NCBI GenBank assembly: GCA_030446285.1
Contig: JASUSC010000003.1
Coordinates: 1 to 59,860 of the forward strand
Source of the DNA: Eubacteriales bacterium
GTDB taxonomy: Bacteria; Bacillota; JASUSC01
Direction of reading: 5' to 3'
DNA length: 59,860 nucleotides
The notes beneath the pieces were generated by a model that made no database searches, was not told the origin of the DNA, and was given only the letters and a program-made list of their open reading frames with translations. The position numbers and the translations under genes were made by a program. Shown here one piece after another: positions 7,737 through 17,963 of the stretch; positions within the stretch are counted from its first letter, which is position 1; every line of letters begins with the position of its first letter.

Positions 7737-8894
7737 TTAGCTGGGATTTTTTATTTTGTGAATCTCGCCTCCGCTTACCACCAGCAGAGGTCGGAAACCG
7801 TCCAAAACTACCAGATCGGCGTCTTTTCCTGGTTCCAGCGACCCTTTCCTAGCCGCTATTCCCAGGAGACGGGCCGGGTTGAAGGAAGCCATAGCTACCG
7901 CTTCCCCTAACGAAAGGCCGAGCTTCCTTACCATGGTTTCCACCCCTTTAAGAAGAGGAACCGCTCCCCCAGCCAGGGTACCGTCCTCCAGCCGCCCCAC
8001 TCCTTTCACTAATTTCAATTTCTGGCCACCGATCCGGTAAGTACCGTCCGGCATGCCGCAGGCGGCAGTAGCATCGGAAACCAGAATAATATTTTCTTTG
8101 TCTTTCACCGCCAGCAAAAAGCGGATCATCTCCGGATGAACGTGAACCCCGTCGGCAATGAGTTCTACCGTTGCCTCCCGCCTCTGCAAAAAAGCTCCCA
8201 CCGCTCCGGGTTCCCGCTGATGAAGACCGCGCATTGCGTTGTAAAGATGGGCGGCGTGGCTAACTCCCCAGGTAAAAGCCTTGGTCATCTCGGCAAAAGT
8301 AGCATTGGTATGGCCGGCCGCCACCACAATCCCGCGGCTGTGCGCCTCTTGAATTACTTCCGCTGCGCCGGGAAGCTCCGGCGCTAAGGCAAAAATCTTC
8401 AGCGCCGGTCCCGCCGCCGCCAGAAATTCCTCTGCTTCCCTTCGGTCAGGAAGACGCAGTTCTTCCTCCGGCTGGCAACCTTTCTGACGGGGATTAAGGT
8501 AAGGGCCTTCCAGATAAATCCCGAGAATCTCTTTGCGACCCGCCGCTGCCTCTCTGAGCCGGTGAAGAGCAGCAAGCATCTCTTCTCGAGGGGCAGTCAT
8601 GACCCCAGCCAAGAGAGAAGTGGTCCCGTACCGCCGGTGGGTGCTGATAATGGTCTCAATGGCGTAGGGATCATCGTCGAGAAAATCAGCTCCACCGCCA
8701 CCGTGGACGTGGATATCGATGAGCCCAGGTATAATCTTGGCCCCCCGGTAATCCAGGATTTCTTGATTTTTATACCCTTTGACTTTAGTCCCGGAACCAA
8801 TCTTTTCAATCTTACCATCTCTAACAGCAACATAGCCGCCGGCTATTTCCCCTCCGGGCAAAACTATATCACCGAGAACAACAAATTTGCGCAA
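7737..8894 (-). CDS. nagA: N-acetylglucosamine-6-phosphate deacetylase
   Basis: PGLIDIHVHG, LEGPY, GHTNA, HLYNAM, IADGVHVHP and LAGG motifs. Confidence 0.93.
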   Translation of the reverse strand: MRKFVVLGDIVLPGGEIAGGYVAVRDGKIEKIGSGTKVKGYKNQEILDYRGAKIIPGLIDIHVHGGGGADFLDDDPYAIETIISTHRRYGTTSLLAGVMTAPREEMLAALHRLREAAAGRKEILGIYLEGPYLNPRQKGCQPEEELRLPDRREAEEFLAAAGPALKIFALAPELPGAAEVIQEAHSRGIVVAAGHTNATFAEMTKAFTWGVSHAAHLYNAMRGLHQREPGAVGAFLQRREATVELIADGVHVHPEMIRFLLAVKDKENIILVSDATAACGMPDGTYRIGGQKLKLVKGVGRLEDGTLAGGAVPLLKGVETMVRKLGLSLGEAVAMASFNPARLLGIAARKGSLEPGKDADLVVLDGFRPLLVVSGGEIHKIKNPS

Positions 8895-8997
8895 CTTCTA
8901 CCCTCCCCCTCCTTTTAAAATTTTACCAGGGAAGGATAAGAAAAAACAGCCTGATTTTAGCCGGCAAAGGATGTATATGCCAGCAATAGCAATCCCA

Positions 8998-9693
8998 TTA
9001 CAAGAGGAGAGGAAGGGGTCGGTCCACCACCACTTTCCCGGACTCAACCCTACACCGCCAGGCCTCCACCTCTACCCCTGCTACCACTGCCTGCCGCAGG
9101 GCCTGACCGAAAGCAGGGTCCATCTCATCATGGGGGGCGAAAGCGCGAGCATCGGAGCGTTGCACCACGAAAATCACCCGCGCCCGGTAACCTTCTCCCA
9201 CCGCCTGCATAAGTTTTTTTAGGTGTCTTCTTCCCCTCTCCGTGGGAGCATCGGGAAAAAGCCCTTTTCCTTCTTTCACCAGCGTCACTGATTTTGCCTC
9301 GACAAAAAGTCCCTCGCCCCCATTTTTACAGAAAAAGTCAAAGCGCCCTCCTCTATAACGGGGTTCGGGCTGAATAGAAGGAGCAGAAAATTCCCTTGCC
9401 AGCATCTGGAGAACAATCTGATTGGGCAGGCGGGCGTCCACACAAACCAGGATATCTCCATGTTCCACCAGGACCAGATCGTAAATCGTTTGCCGGTCGG
9501 GAACAGGAACCTTCTTCAGACCTACCATGGCTCCAGGCAAGAGCAGTTCCTCCATACGCCCGGAGTTGGGTACAAACACTTTGGTTTTTTCCCCTTTCAC
9601 CTCTACTAGAGCGGCAAAGCGGTTCAGCCGGACCAGAAAAATACCCTTCACGATGGGGCCTATAGCTACTTCAATTTTCCCTTTTCCTTTCAC
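8998..9693 (-). CDS. sfsA: DNA/RNA nuclease SfsA
   Basis: RLNRF, PNSGRMEEL, VEAKSVTL and FPDAPTERGRRHL motifs. Confidence 0.93.
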   Translation of the reverse strand: MKGKGKIEVAIGPIVKGIFLVRLNRFAALVEVKGEKTKVFVPNSGRMEELLLPGAMVGLKKVPVPDRQTIYDLVLVEHGDILVCVDARLPNQIVLQMLAREFSAPSIQPEPRYRGGRFDFFCKNGGEGLFVEAKSVTLVKEGKGLFPDAPTERGRRHLKKLMQAVGEGYRARVIFVVQRSDARAFAPHDEMDPAFGQALRQAVVAGVEVEAWRCRVESGKVVVDRPLPLLL

Positions 9694-9729
9694 CGCACCC
9701 CCTCCAAAACAAAATTAATCCACGCACCA

Positions 9730-10209
9730 TTAGGAGTCGCTTACCACCGCAATCAGCATCACTTCCGCCGTGCCGCCGGCAGCACACTCCGGGCAGGTCA
9801 AGTACCAGTAGAGGATGTCTCGCACCACTTTCCCCTCCCGCTCCAGTTCGGCCGCCCATTCCCGGGCTACCCTGCTCAGCCGAAACACCCCACCGCGGTA
9901 AAGCTTACCCACTAACTTTCCTTCCCGCAAAAAGAGGAGTCGCGAGCTGTCACCGTCCTGCTTTTCGGCAGCAATAAGCAACTGTCCCCCTATCCAGCCG
10001 GTGCGGTAAAGGATCATGAGCGGTCGCTGGGGCTTCAGACCTCGTTCCTCCATCTCCTGAGCAATCTCTTCTGCTTTTTTAAAAATAGGCCGGTGACCGG
10101 CAAAAAAGGGCGCAGAAGAAACGTAAAAAGGAATATCCTGCCACTCTAATTCCACCTTTTCTTCTCCCGTCCAGGGATAACAGCGGCAGTTATTTCTTGC
10201 CCCGCTCAT
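9730..10209 (-). CDS. Conserved hypothetical protein (GyrI-like/uncharacterised hydrolase type) with CxC and CxxC
   Basis: N-terminal CRC...W and C-terminal YWYLTCPECA; ATG at 10209 with GGAGG RBS. Confidence 0.6.
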   Translation of the reverse strand: MSGARNNCRCYPWTGEEKVELEWQDIPFYVSSAPFFAGHRPIFKKAEEIAQEMEERGLKPQRPLMILYRTGWIGGQLLIAAEKQDGDSSRLLFLREGKLVGKLYRGGVFRLSRVAREWAAELEREGKVVRDILYWYLTCPECAAGGTAEVMLIAVVSDS

Positions 10210-10238
10210 TTTCCATCCTCCCGGTAAATTTTCTCCCT

Positions 10239-10457
10239 TCAAGTAGCAGGCCAGAAAGCAAATAAACGGATCATGTAATCGGTAATGGCGGTCAAATCTA
10301 CCTGGCCCACTTTGGTCAAAAGCCCCAAACCATAGGCTATAAACAGCAGGGCCAGAAACAGGGCCATCTCTTTCTTCTTTTTCTGCCGGATCAATCTGGG
10401 AAGCTCAAAAGTTAGGATGGCCGCCGCCACCACCGTAAGGGCCAGAAAGGCTTTCAC
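10239..10457 (-). CDS. Small membrane protein of the type found beside germination receptor operons
   Basis: TM-ELP.L...KKKE...F..L...-TM pattern; AGGAGGGGG RBS. Confidence 0.65.
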   Translation of the reverse strand: MKAFLALTVVAAAILTFELPRLIRQKKKKEMALFLALLFIAYGLGLLTKVGQVDLTAITDYMIRLFAFWPAT

Positions 10458-10500
10458 CTTTTACCCCCTCCTGGTAGGCCGTGCTGCTGTCTTTTGAGAA

Positions 10501-10529
10501 TATCCTACCCGTCATCTGGGCAGCTAATC
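10501..10529 (-). promoter_or_regulatory. Forespore SigF/SigG-like promoter
   Basis: GATTA-N15-GGTAGGATA on minus strand. Confidence 0.45.
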
Positions 10530-10668
10530 CTCACTTTTCCCACAAAGAAAAAAACTGGACCAGAAGAAGGGAAAAAGGCGCCAAGAAAGGCAAAGTTGAC
10601 GGGAAGTTTTTGCCGGAAAATAACCCCCCGCTAAAAATAAAAGGGCTCAGCTCTTTCCAGCCGGTTAA

Positions 10669-10812
10669 TCTCTTCCAGACGCCGGAAGAGAAGGTGCTAC
10701 CTCCGTCAGAGAAATTAACATGGGAGTGGCCCGGGTGAAGGACACCATTCTCCACCTGGAAAGGATTGCTGCCGATCTGGTAGACACCCTCCGTTCCTTT
10801 CACCTCTCCTAA
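10669..10812 (+). pseudogene. Remnant of a methyl-accepting chemotaxis protein C-terminus
   Basis: Manual translation ATSVREINMGVARVKDTILHLERIAADLVDTLRSFHLS* with in-frame stop upstream at 10666-10668. Confidence 0.55.
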
Positions 10813-11930
10813 GAGCGAAATCCAACCAGGTAAGCCACCGTCCCAGCAACAAAAGCTGTCCCGGCAATCGCCCCCGCACTAAGGACAAAAGAGGACGCTG
10901 ATATCGAGCCCGATGTAAACTTCCCTAAGAGAAACCCTTGTCCTCCCACCGTTACCGCTAAAGCTGCTACTAACCCGGCCAGTCCTCCCCCTAGAGCTTC
11001 CTTGAAAGCCCAACGCAAAAGCAAGGGAAAAACTCTTTCTCTCCTCTCTTCTCTTAACTTTGTATTTTGCAAGCATGTCACCGCCAGATGGAGCCCTCCC
11101 ATGACGAAAAAAAGGGTCGCTGCTGCCCCCGCCGTCCACTTCCCCAAGCGGAGGCAACTCTCATAGGTTTTCAAGGCCTTTTGATAACAAGTGGTGGCAT
11201 ATCCCTTTGTCTGGAGGAGCGCTGCCACCGCTTCCACTCGCTCCGGGCGGTCGACTTTAATTTCCACCACCGGCAACTTTGTCTTAGCCACGTACTCAGT
11301 CGGCGTCATGCCCACGGCTGCAGCAGCCATCTTCAGCCCTTCCGTTGCTGGCACAAAAACGGTGTTGAGCAGCAGCTTCCGGCAAGCAGCGGAATAGACG
11401 CCGCTAATCCTCACCCGGTATCCTTTTCCTCGGCTGGTTATCAACCCTTTCTCAATGGTATATATTTTAAGGTCAAACTCCCGGCCTAAAAATTCCTCTC
11501 CCCTGGTACTGCCTACATCTAACTCAACAATTTCCGGAAAAAGGACCGGCACCGCTCCAGGGGGGCCGGATTTCTTCTCGGCCAAAAGTGGAGGCCAGGC
11601 AGCGGCCGGCAGTGGCCGCACCACCACCCCTGCCACCCTCCTGCCGTCAGTAAAAATTACGCCGGGCAAGTTTATCTCCCAGTATGCAGCCACTACCCCA
11701 GGTAGCTGGTGGAACTCTTCTACCTCCCCGTAGCCAATCCCTTTCCCGTCTCCCCGCCAAACCCGGACGATATCTTGGGGGTAAGCCTGTGCCATCTCTT
11801 TCTGCAAGAGCCAATAGGCCACTTTTGGACCAGCGAGAGCGAGAACAAGAAAAAATACCCCACCGGCAATAAACAAAAAAGCCCGCTTCTCCCTTACCCA
11901 CTTTTTCCCGCGGGAAAAAAATCCTCCCAC
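10809..11930 (-). CDS. Divergent MacB/FtsX-like ABC permease
   Basis: N-terminal TM, large extracytoplasmic domain ending VEIKVDRPERVEAVAALLQTKGY, three C-terminal TMs with EAL..GL.G. Confidence 0.6.
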   Translation of the reverse strand: MGGFFSRGKKWVREKRAFLFIAGGVFFLVLALAGPKVAYWLLQKEMAQAYPQDIVRVWRGDGKGIGYGEVEEFHQLPGVVAAYWEINLPGVIFTDGRRVAGVVVRPLPAAAWPPLLAEKKSGPPGAVPVLFPEIVELDVGSTRGEEFLGREFDLKIYTIEKGLITSRGKGYRVRISGVYSAACRKLLLNTVFVPATEGLKMAAAAVGMTPTEYVAKTKLPVVEIKVDRPERVEAVAALLQTKGYATTCYQKALKTYESCLRLGKWTAGAAATLFFVMGGLHLAVTCLQNTKLREERRERVFPLLLRWAFKEALGGGLAGLVAALAVTVGGQGFLLGKFTSGSISASSFVLSAGAIAGTAFVAGTVAYLVGFRS

Positions 11931-11945
11931 CCTTTCTTCAACCCC

Positions 11946-13325
11946 CTAAAACTCTTCCGCCAGCAGTTTTCTACCGTAAGCAATGGCTTCTAACACCGCT
12001 TCCGGCGCAGGACCCCCAGGTACCCGGCGGGCCCGAACACATTCTGTGACCGCCAAGTGGCGGTAAACGTCGCTGTCAATCTCGGGGGCAAAGCGACGAA
12101 ACTCCTCTAAGGTAAGCTCCTCTAAACTTACCCCTTTCTCCAAACAGTAAAGAACCGCTTGACCCACGATTTCATGGGCACGCCGGAAAGGCACTCCCCG
12201 CCGCACTAAGTAATCGGCTAAGTCGGTGGCATTGGTAAAGCCACCCCGAGCCGCTTGGGCCATAATTTCTTCCTTCACCCGCATGGTGGCCAGCATGGGA
12301 GTAAAGACGGTGAGGCAGGCCTTGACGGTGTCCACGGCATCAAAGAGGCGCTCCTTATCCTCCTGCATGTCTTTGTTGTAAGCCAGAGGCAGCCCCTTCA
12401 TCACCGTAAGCAGCGCCATCAGGTCCCCGTAAACCCGCCCCGTTTTCCCCCGGATGAGCTCGGCCACGTCCGGGTTTTTTTTCTGAGGCATAATACTGCT
12501 GCCCGTACTGTAGGCATCGTCCATCTCCACAAACCCGAACTCCGCCGACGACCAGAGGATGAGCTCCTCGCAGAAACGGCTGAGGTGCATCATGATCAAA
12601 CTGGCTGCCGCACAGAACTCGATGGCAAAATCGCGGTCGCTGACGGCATCCATGCTGTTCATGGAGATGGCAGCAAACCCCAATTCCCGCGCCACCATTT
12701 CCCGGTCCAAGGGAAAAGTAGTCCCCGCGAGAGCCCCGGACCCTAAAGGCATTACATCGGTGCGGCGGTAGCAGTCCTTAAGCCGCTCCACATCCCGCTG
12801 AAACATGAAGAAGTAGGCCAGAAGATGATGGGCCAGGGTGACCGGTTGGGCCCGCTGCAGGTGGGTGTAACCGGGCATTATCGTCTCCCGGTGTTTTTCC
12901 GCCAAATCAAGGAGCAAAGCCTGCAGTTTCCGCAACAGCCCCACTATTTCCTTTATTTCCTCTTTCAGGTACAGGCGGGTATCCAGAGCCACCTGGTCGT
13001 TGCGGCTGCGGGCCGTGTGCAGCTTTCGCCCTAAGTCCCCTAATCTCTGGATCAAAAGGGTTTCTATATTCATGTGAATATCCTCAGCCGCCGGACTGAA
13101 CTCCACGCGGCCGGCTTCGATGTCCTGAAGGATTTCCTCCAAAGCAGCGATGATTTGCTCCGCCTCTTCCGGAGTCAGAACTCCCACCTTTCCCAGCATG
13201 CGGGCATGGGCCTGGCTGCCCCGGATGTCCTGGCGGTAGAGCCGGGCATCAAAAGAGATGGAAGAATGAAAATCTTCCACTAACCTGTCCGTCTCCTTGG
13301 TAAACCTCCCGCCCCAAAGTTTCAA
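11946..13325 (-). CDS. argH: Argininosuccinate lyase
   Basis: [16 protein letters not shown] and [12 protein letters not shown] motifs; TTG 13325 or ATG 13331. Confidence 0.97.
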   Translation of the reverse strand: MKLWGGRFTKETDRLVEDFHSSISFDARLYRQDIRGSQAHARMLGKVGVLTPEEAEQIIAALEEILQDIEAGRVEFSPAAEDIHMNIETLLIQRLGDLGRKLHTARSRNDQVALDTRLYLKEEIKEIVGLLRKLQALLLDLAEKHRETIMPGYTHLQRAQPVTLAHHLLAYFFMFQRDVERLKDCYRRTDVMPLGSGALAGTTFPLDREMVARELGFAAISMNSMDAVSDRDFAIEFCAAASLIMMHLSRFCEELILWSSAEFGFVEMDDAYSTGSSIMPQKKNPDVAELIRGKTGRVYGDLMALLTVMKGLPLAYNKDMQEDKERLFDAVDTVKACLTVFTPMLATMRVKEEIMAQAARGGFTNATDLADYLVRRGVPFRRAHEIVGQAVLYCLEKGVSLEELTLEEFRRFAPEIDSDVYRHLAVTECVRARRVPGGPAPEAVLEAIAYGRKLLAEEF

Positions 13326-13336
13326 AATCATCCCTC

Positions 13337-13612
13337 CTAATGCGTCACGCTGGTCAAGTAGTAAAGAGTAACTAGGACCACCAGTCCTTCCACCGTCATA
13401 ACCGCAAGCCCCAGCCGCCGGGTCCGGGTTATCTGGACCTCCCGTTCCCGCTCAAGAAAAAAGCGGTATTTTTCATCGCCGCTACGGCGGGCTTCTTCAT
13501 AATAAGGCCGGAACCGTTTATCCACTGAACGCTGTGGATAACGATAAAGGCGGTAGCCCCAAAATACACCGGTAATGGCGAGGATTAAAATTAAATACAA
13601 AGCCATGAGCAT
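13337..13612 (-). CDS. Two-TM hypothetical protein inside the arg operon
   Basis: 91 aa with two hydrophobic segments around a charged loop; fills the argG-argH gap with a plausible RBS. Confidence 0.7.
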   Translation of the reverse strand: MLMALYLILILAITGVFWGYRLYRYPQRSVDKRFRPYYEEARRSGDEKYRFFLEREREVQITRTRRLGLAVMTVEGLVVLVTLYYLTSVTH

Positions 13613-13630
13613 AAAAACTCCGCCCTCCGC

Positions 13631-14842
13631 TTATTTGCGCAGACCCACCCTTTTTTCCATCAAAGCCCGGACTTTCAGGGGCAACCCGAAGAGATTGATG
13701 AACCCTTCGGCGTCCTTCTGGTTGTAAACCTCGTCCCGGCTGAAGGTGGCTAATTCCGGATCGTAAAGGGAATAAGGCGACTTCACCCCTACGGGCACGC
13801 AGTTGCCTTTGTAAAGCTTGACCCTGACGGTACCGGTAACGGTCCGCTGGGTGCTGGCGATAAAAGCGTCTAAGGCCTCCCGGAGGGGCGAATACCAGAG
13901 ACCGTCATAAACCAGTTCGGCATACTTGCAGGCCACAATTTCTTTAAAGTGCATGGTCATCCGGTCGAGGGTAAGATATTCCAAATGGCGGTGCGCTTCT
14001 ACCAGAATAGTACCACCCGGAGTTTCGTACACTCCCCGCGACTTCATCCCAACTAAGCGGTTTTCCACTAAATCGGCAATGCCGATACCGTTTTCGCCTC
14101 CTAACTTGTTCAGACGGGCGAGGAGCTCCACCGGCGGCAGTTTTTCCCCGTCCACCGCCACCGGAACGCCGGCTTCAAAATCGATCTCCACGTAAACCGG
14201 CCGGTCCGGCGCTTCTTCCGGCGGCACTAAGAGCATGTACAGGTCGCGGGGCGGCTCGTTCCAGGGGTCCTCTAAGTCGGCCCCCTCGTGACTCAGATGC
14301 CAGAGGTTGCGGTCCATGCTGTAGGGACGGTCTTTCCCCACCGGCACGGGAATCCCCCGCGCCCGGGCATAGTCAATGGCGTCTTCCCGGGAACGGATCT
14401 CCCACTCCCGCCAGGGGGCAATAATCTTCAGGTCGGGATTCAAAGCCTTTACCGTCAGCTCAAACCGCACCTGGTCGTTGCCTTTGCCCGTTGCCCCGTG
14501 GGCCACCGCTTCCGCACCCTCTTTTTCCGCCACTTCTACCAATTTTTTGGCAATGAGGGGCCGGGCGATGGAAGTCCCTAAGAGATACTTCCCCTCGTAA
14601 ACAGCCCCGGATCTGATAAGAGGGAAGAGAAAATCACGGACGAACTCCTCTTTCACATCCTCTATGTACACCTTGCTGGCGCCAGAGCGCAAGGCCTTCT
14701 CTTCCAGGGGTTCCAGTTCCTCCCCCTGCCCTACATCGGCCACCATAGCAATGACTTCATAGCCGTAGTTTTCCTTCAACCAGGGAATGATAATGGACGT
14801 ATCCAGCCCTCCAGAATAAGCCAAAACCACCTTTTTGCTCAA
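13631..14842 (-). CDS. argG: Argininosuccinate synthase
   Basis: [10 protein letters not shown] and [14 protein letters not shown] motifs. Confidence 0.98.
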   Translation of the reverse strand: MSKKVVLAYSGGLDTSIIIPWLKENYGYEVIAMVADVGQGEELEPLEEKALRSGASKVYIEDVKEEFVRDFLFPLIRSGAVYEGKYLLGTSIARPLIAKKLVEVAEKEGAEAVAHGATGKGNDQVRFELTVKALNPDLKIIAPWREWEIRSREDAIDYARARGIPVPVGKDRPYSMDRNLWHLSHEGADLEDPWNEPPRDLYMLLVPPEEAPDRPVYVEIDFEAGVPVAVDGEKLPPVELLARLNKLGGENGIGIADLVENRLVGMKSRGVYETPGGTILVEAHRHLEYLTLDRMTMHFKEIVACKYAELVYDGLWYSPLREALDAFIASTQRTVTGTVRVKLYKGNCVPVGVKSPYSLYDPELATFSRDEVYNQKDAEGFINLFGLPLKVRALMEKRVGLRK

Positions 14843-14876
14843 TTTGTCTTCCTCCTATCCTTGGTTAATTTTATCT

Positions 14877-15833
14877 TTAAGCCTCCTGTCCCGCCAGGAG
14901 TAAGGTCAGGACGGCTTTCTGCGCGTGGAGACGGTTTTCCGCCTGGGCAAAGACAACCGATCTGGGACCATCGATTACCTCCGCCGTTACCTCTTCACCC
15001 CGGTGGGCCGGCAGGCAGTGGAGGAAAATGTAGTCCTCCCGTGCCAGGCTCACCAGGCGGCCGTTAACCTGGTAAGGAGCAAATACCTTCAGCCGCTCTT
15101 CCCGCTCCGCCTCCTGCCCCATGGAAGCCCAGACATCAGTGTAAACCACGTCAGCCTCGCGCACCGCTTCTTCCGGATCAGAAGTGATAACCACTTCACC
15201 CCCGCTGACGGCAGCATCCCGGCGGGCTATTTCCGCAAGCTCCTCATTGGGCCGGTAACCCTCGGGAGTAGCTAAGTACACCCGCATCCCCATTTTGGCG
15301 CCAGCGTTCATGAGAGAGTGGGCCACGTTGTTGCCGTCCCCCACATAGGCAACTTTGAGGCCGGCCAGGCGTTTTTTGTACTCGTAGATGGTCAGCAGGT
15401 CGGCCAGAGCCTGGCAAGGATGAACTAAGTCGGTAAGACCGTTGATTACCGGTACCCGCGAATACGCTGCCAGTTCCTCTACCTCTGCCTGGGAGTAAGT
15501 GCGGATCATGATCCCGTCTACCATTTTATCAAGAACCCGGGCCGTATCGGCAATAGTTTCTCCGCGGCCCAACTGCAAATCCTGGGCGCTCAAAAACATG
15601 GGGTAGCCCCCTAATTGATGCATTCCCACCTCAAAAGAAACCCGCGTGCGGGTAGACGGCTTGGTAAAAATCATGGCCAGGACCTTTCCCGTTAGGTAGC
15701 GGTGGGGAATTCCTCGCTGCTGCTTTTCCTTTAAGTCCAGAGCTACCTCCAAGATGGTCTCAATTTCCTCCCGTTTGAGAGGATAAATGGCCAGCAGGTC
15801 CCGCCCCCGCATATCCACTTTGGCCATGCTCAC
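14877..15833 (-). CDS. argF: Ornithine carbamoyltransferase
   Basis: [19 protein letters not shown] and HCLP motifs. Confidence 0.97.
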   Translation of the reverse strand: MSMAKVDMRGRDLLAIYPLKREEIETILEVALDLKEKQQRGIPHRYLTGKVLAMIFTKPSTRTRVSFEVGMHQLGGYPMFLSAQDLQLGRGETIADTARVLDKMVDGIMIRTYSQAEVEELAAYSRVPVINGLTDLVHPCQALADLLTIYEYKKRLAGLKVAYVGDGNNVAHSLMNAGAKMGMRVYLATPEGYRPNEELAEIARRDAAVSGGEVVITSDPEEAVREADVVYTDVWASMGQEAEREERLKVFAPYQVNGRLVSLAREDYIFLHCLPAHRGEEVTAEVIDGPRSVVFAQAENRLHAQKAVLTLLLAGQEA

Positions 15834-15844
15834 ACCCTCCTTCT

Positions 15845-17038
15845 TTACTCTTCTGCCGCCAAAGCCCGGTCAAGAATGGCCACCGCTTCGTCTACCAGAC
15901 TTTTTTCAATGTTCAACGGCGGCAAAAAGCGCAGTACCTTTTCTTTGGTGCAGTTTATTAAAAGCCCTTCTTCCTGGCAGCGAGCCACTACCCCAGCACC
16001 GGGCCGGTCCAGCTCCATCCCTAACAAAAGACCTAATCCCCGCACCTCTTTGACAAAGGGGTATTTGGCCGCCAGCTCTGCTAACTTTTCCCGGAAGTAG
16101 GCCCCTGTAACCGCTGCCTTTTCCGCCAGGCCCCCGACAATAGCCCGCACGGCCGCTACCGCCACCGCACAGGCCAGGGGATTGCCACCGAAGGTGGAAG
16201 AATGGTCGCCAGGGCGGAAGGCCGCCGCCACTTCTTCTCGGGCCAGGGTAGCTCCAATGGGGAAACCGCCGCCTAAAGCCTTGGCCAGGGTGAGAATGTC
16301 CGGCACCACCCCGTAGTGCTCGTAGGCGAACAGCTTCCCGGTCCGGCCCATGCCGCACTGGACTTCGTCAAAGATGAGGAGAAGCCCCTTTTCCCGGCAG
16401 AAAGCCGCCACTTCTCGCAGGTAGCCGGGGTCGGCCACATTTACGCCTCCTTCTCCCTGGACCGGTTCCAGCATTACGGCACAGGTGGCCGGCGTCACCG
16501 CCTCTTTTAAGGCCTTGAAATCGTTAAAAGGCACGTACTTAAAACCGGGCGGCAGCGGTTCAAACCCCCGGTGGAAGCGGGGCTGGGCCGTGGCCGCCAC
16601 CGTGGCCAAGGTGCGGCCGTGGAAAGAATCGGTCATGGTGATAATCTCGTACTTCTCCGGCCCATACTTCTCCTTGGCATATTTGCGGGCTAGTTTTATG
16701 GCCGCTTCGTTGGCCTCGGCACCGCTGTTGCAGAAAAAGGCCTTATCAAGGGCGGAATTTTCCACCAAAAGCCGCGCTAACTCGATTTGGGGCTCGATCC
16801 AGTATAAATTGGAAACATGGATAAGTCGGCGGGCCTGTTCCAGCATGGCCTCCACCAGGAAAGGCGGGCAGTGTCCGAAGGCGTTTACTGCCAGGCCACC
16901 GACAAAATCCAAATATTTTTTCCCGTCCGCATCCCAGACGTAGGGTCCTTCCCCCCGCACCAAACATAGAGGCAGGCGACCCACGTTGTTCATCAAGTAT
17001 TTCTGCCCCTGTTCAATCAACTCTTTTTGCCTGGACAA
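15845..17038 (-). CDS. argD: Acetylornithine aminotransferase
   Basis: [24 protein letters not shown] and AKALGGG motifs; operon context. Confidence 0.95.
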   Translation of the reverse strand: MSRQKELIEQGQKYLMNNVGRLPLCLVRGEGPYVWDADGKKYLDFVGGLAVNAFGHCPPFLVEAMLEQARRLIHVSNLYWIEPQIELARLLVENSALDKAFFCNSGAEANEAAIKLARKYAKEKYGPEKYEIITMTDSFHGRTLATVAATAQPRFHRGFEPLPPGFKYVPFNDFKALKEAVTPATCAVMLEPVQGEGGVNVADPGYLREVAAFCREKGLLLIFDEVQCGMGRTGKLFAYEHYGVVPDILTLAKALGGGFPIGATLAREEVAAAFRPGDHSSTFGGNPLACAVAVAAVRAIVGGLAEKAAVTGAYFREKLAELAAKYPFVKEVRGLGLLLGMELDRPGAGVVARCQEEGLLINCTKEKVLRFLPPLNIEKSLVDEAVAILDRALAAEE

Positions 17039-17057
17039 CCTTTTCCCTCCCCGTTCC

Positions 17058-17951
17058 TTATTCCACTACCATAGTACCGATACCGGCGTCGGTAAAGAGC
17101 TCCAGCAGCAGGGAGTGAGGCAGGCGCCCATCGATAATGTGGGTAGTTGCCACTCCTCCCGCTAAAGCCTCCATGCAACACTCCACTTTGGGAATCATCC
17201 CGCCGTCGATGCGCCCTTCTTTAATCATGTGGCGCGCTTCCTCCACTTTCAGCACGGAAATGAGGGTGGAGGGGTCAGCAGGGTCGGCTAAAATCCCGGG
17301 GACATCGGTGAGGAGAATGAGCTTATCCGCCTTTAGGGCCGCCGCTATCTCGCCGGCCACGGTATCGGCGTTGATGTTGTAACTCTCCCCTTCTTCCCCT
17401 ACCCCTACCGGGGCCACAACCGGGATGTAGTCCTGGTGGATGAGGCTCTCGAGAATGGCCGGATTAACCTCCTCCACTTCGCCCACGTAGCCGATGTCGT
17501 GGAAAACTTCTTCCCCTTGCTCGTTGTAGGTGCGGCCCAACTTCTTGCGCGCCTTGATGAGACCGGCGTCTTTCCCCGAAAGCCCCACCGCCCGGCCGCC
17601 GATGTGGTTGATCTGGGCCACTATTTCCTTGTTGATCTTGCCCACCAGCACCATTTCCACAATTTCCATGGTTTCGGCGTCGGTGATGCGCAGGCCTCCT
17701 ACAAACTCCGACTTTTTCCCCACCCGTTTTAACATGGCGGTAATCTCCGGCCCGCCGCCGTGAACCACCACTGGGTTAATTCCCACTAACTTCATCAGCA
17801 CCAGGTCCTGCATCACCGCTCTTTTTAGCTCAGAGGAAATCATGGCATTGCCGCCGTATTTGACCACCACCGTGCGGCCGTGAAACTTGCGTATGTATGG
17901 CAGGGCCTCGATGAGAATATGGGCCCTGTCCAGTGCCTGCTCCATACCCAT
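17058..17951 (-). CDS. argB: Acetylglutamate kinase
   Basis: [20 protein letters not shown] and GGMIPK motifs. Confidence 0.97.
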   Translation of the reverse strand: MGMEQALDRAHILIEALPYIRKFHGRTVVVKYGGNAMISSELKRAVMQDLVLMKLVGINPVVVHGGGPEITAMLKRVGKKSEFVGGLRITDAETMEIVEMVLVGKINKEIVAQINHIGGRAVGLSGKDAGLIKARKKLGRTYNEQGEEVFHDIGYVGEVEEVNPAILESLIHQDYIPVVAPVGVGEEGESYNINADTVAGEIAAALKADKLILLTDVPGILADPADPSTLISVLKVEEARHMIKEGRIDGGMIPKVECCMEALAGGVATTHIIDGRLPHSLLLELFTDAGIGTMVVE

Positions 17952-17963
17952 CTCTCCCCCGTT

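Noticed and set aside
10531-10803. 90 aa minus-strand ORF with a possible RBS, and plus-strand ORF 10481..10738
   Set aside because: No protein-like motifs; the region is better explained by the chemoreceptor relic and a promoter, though translation cannot be excluded
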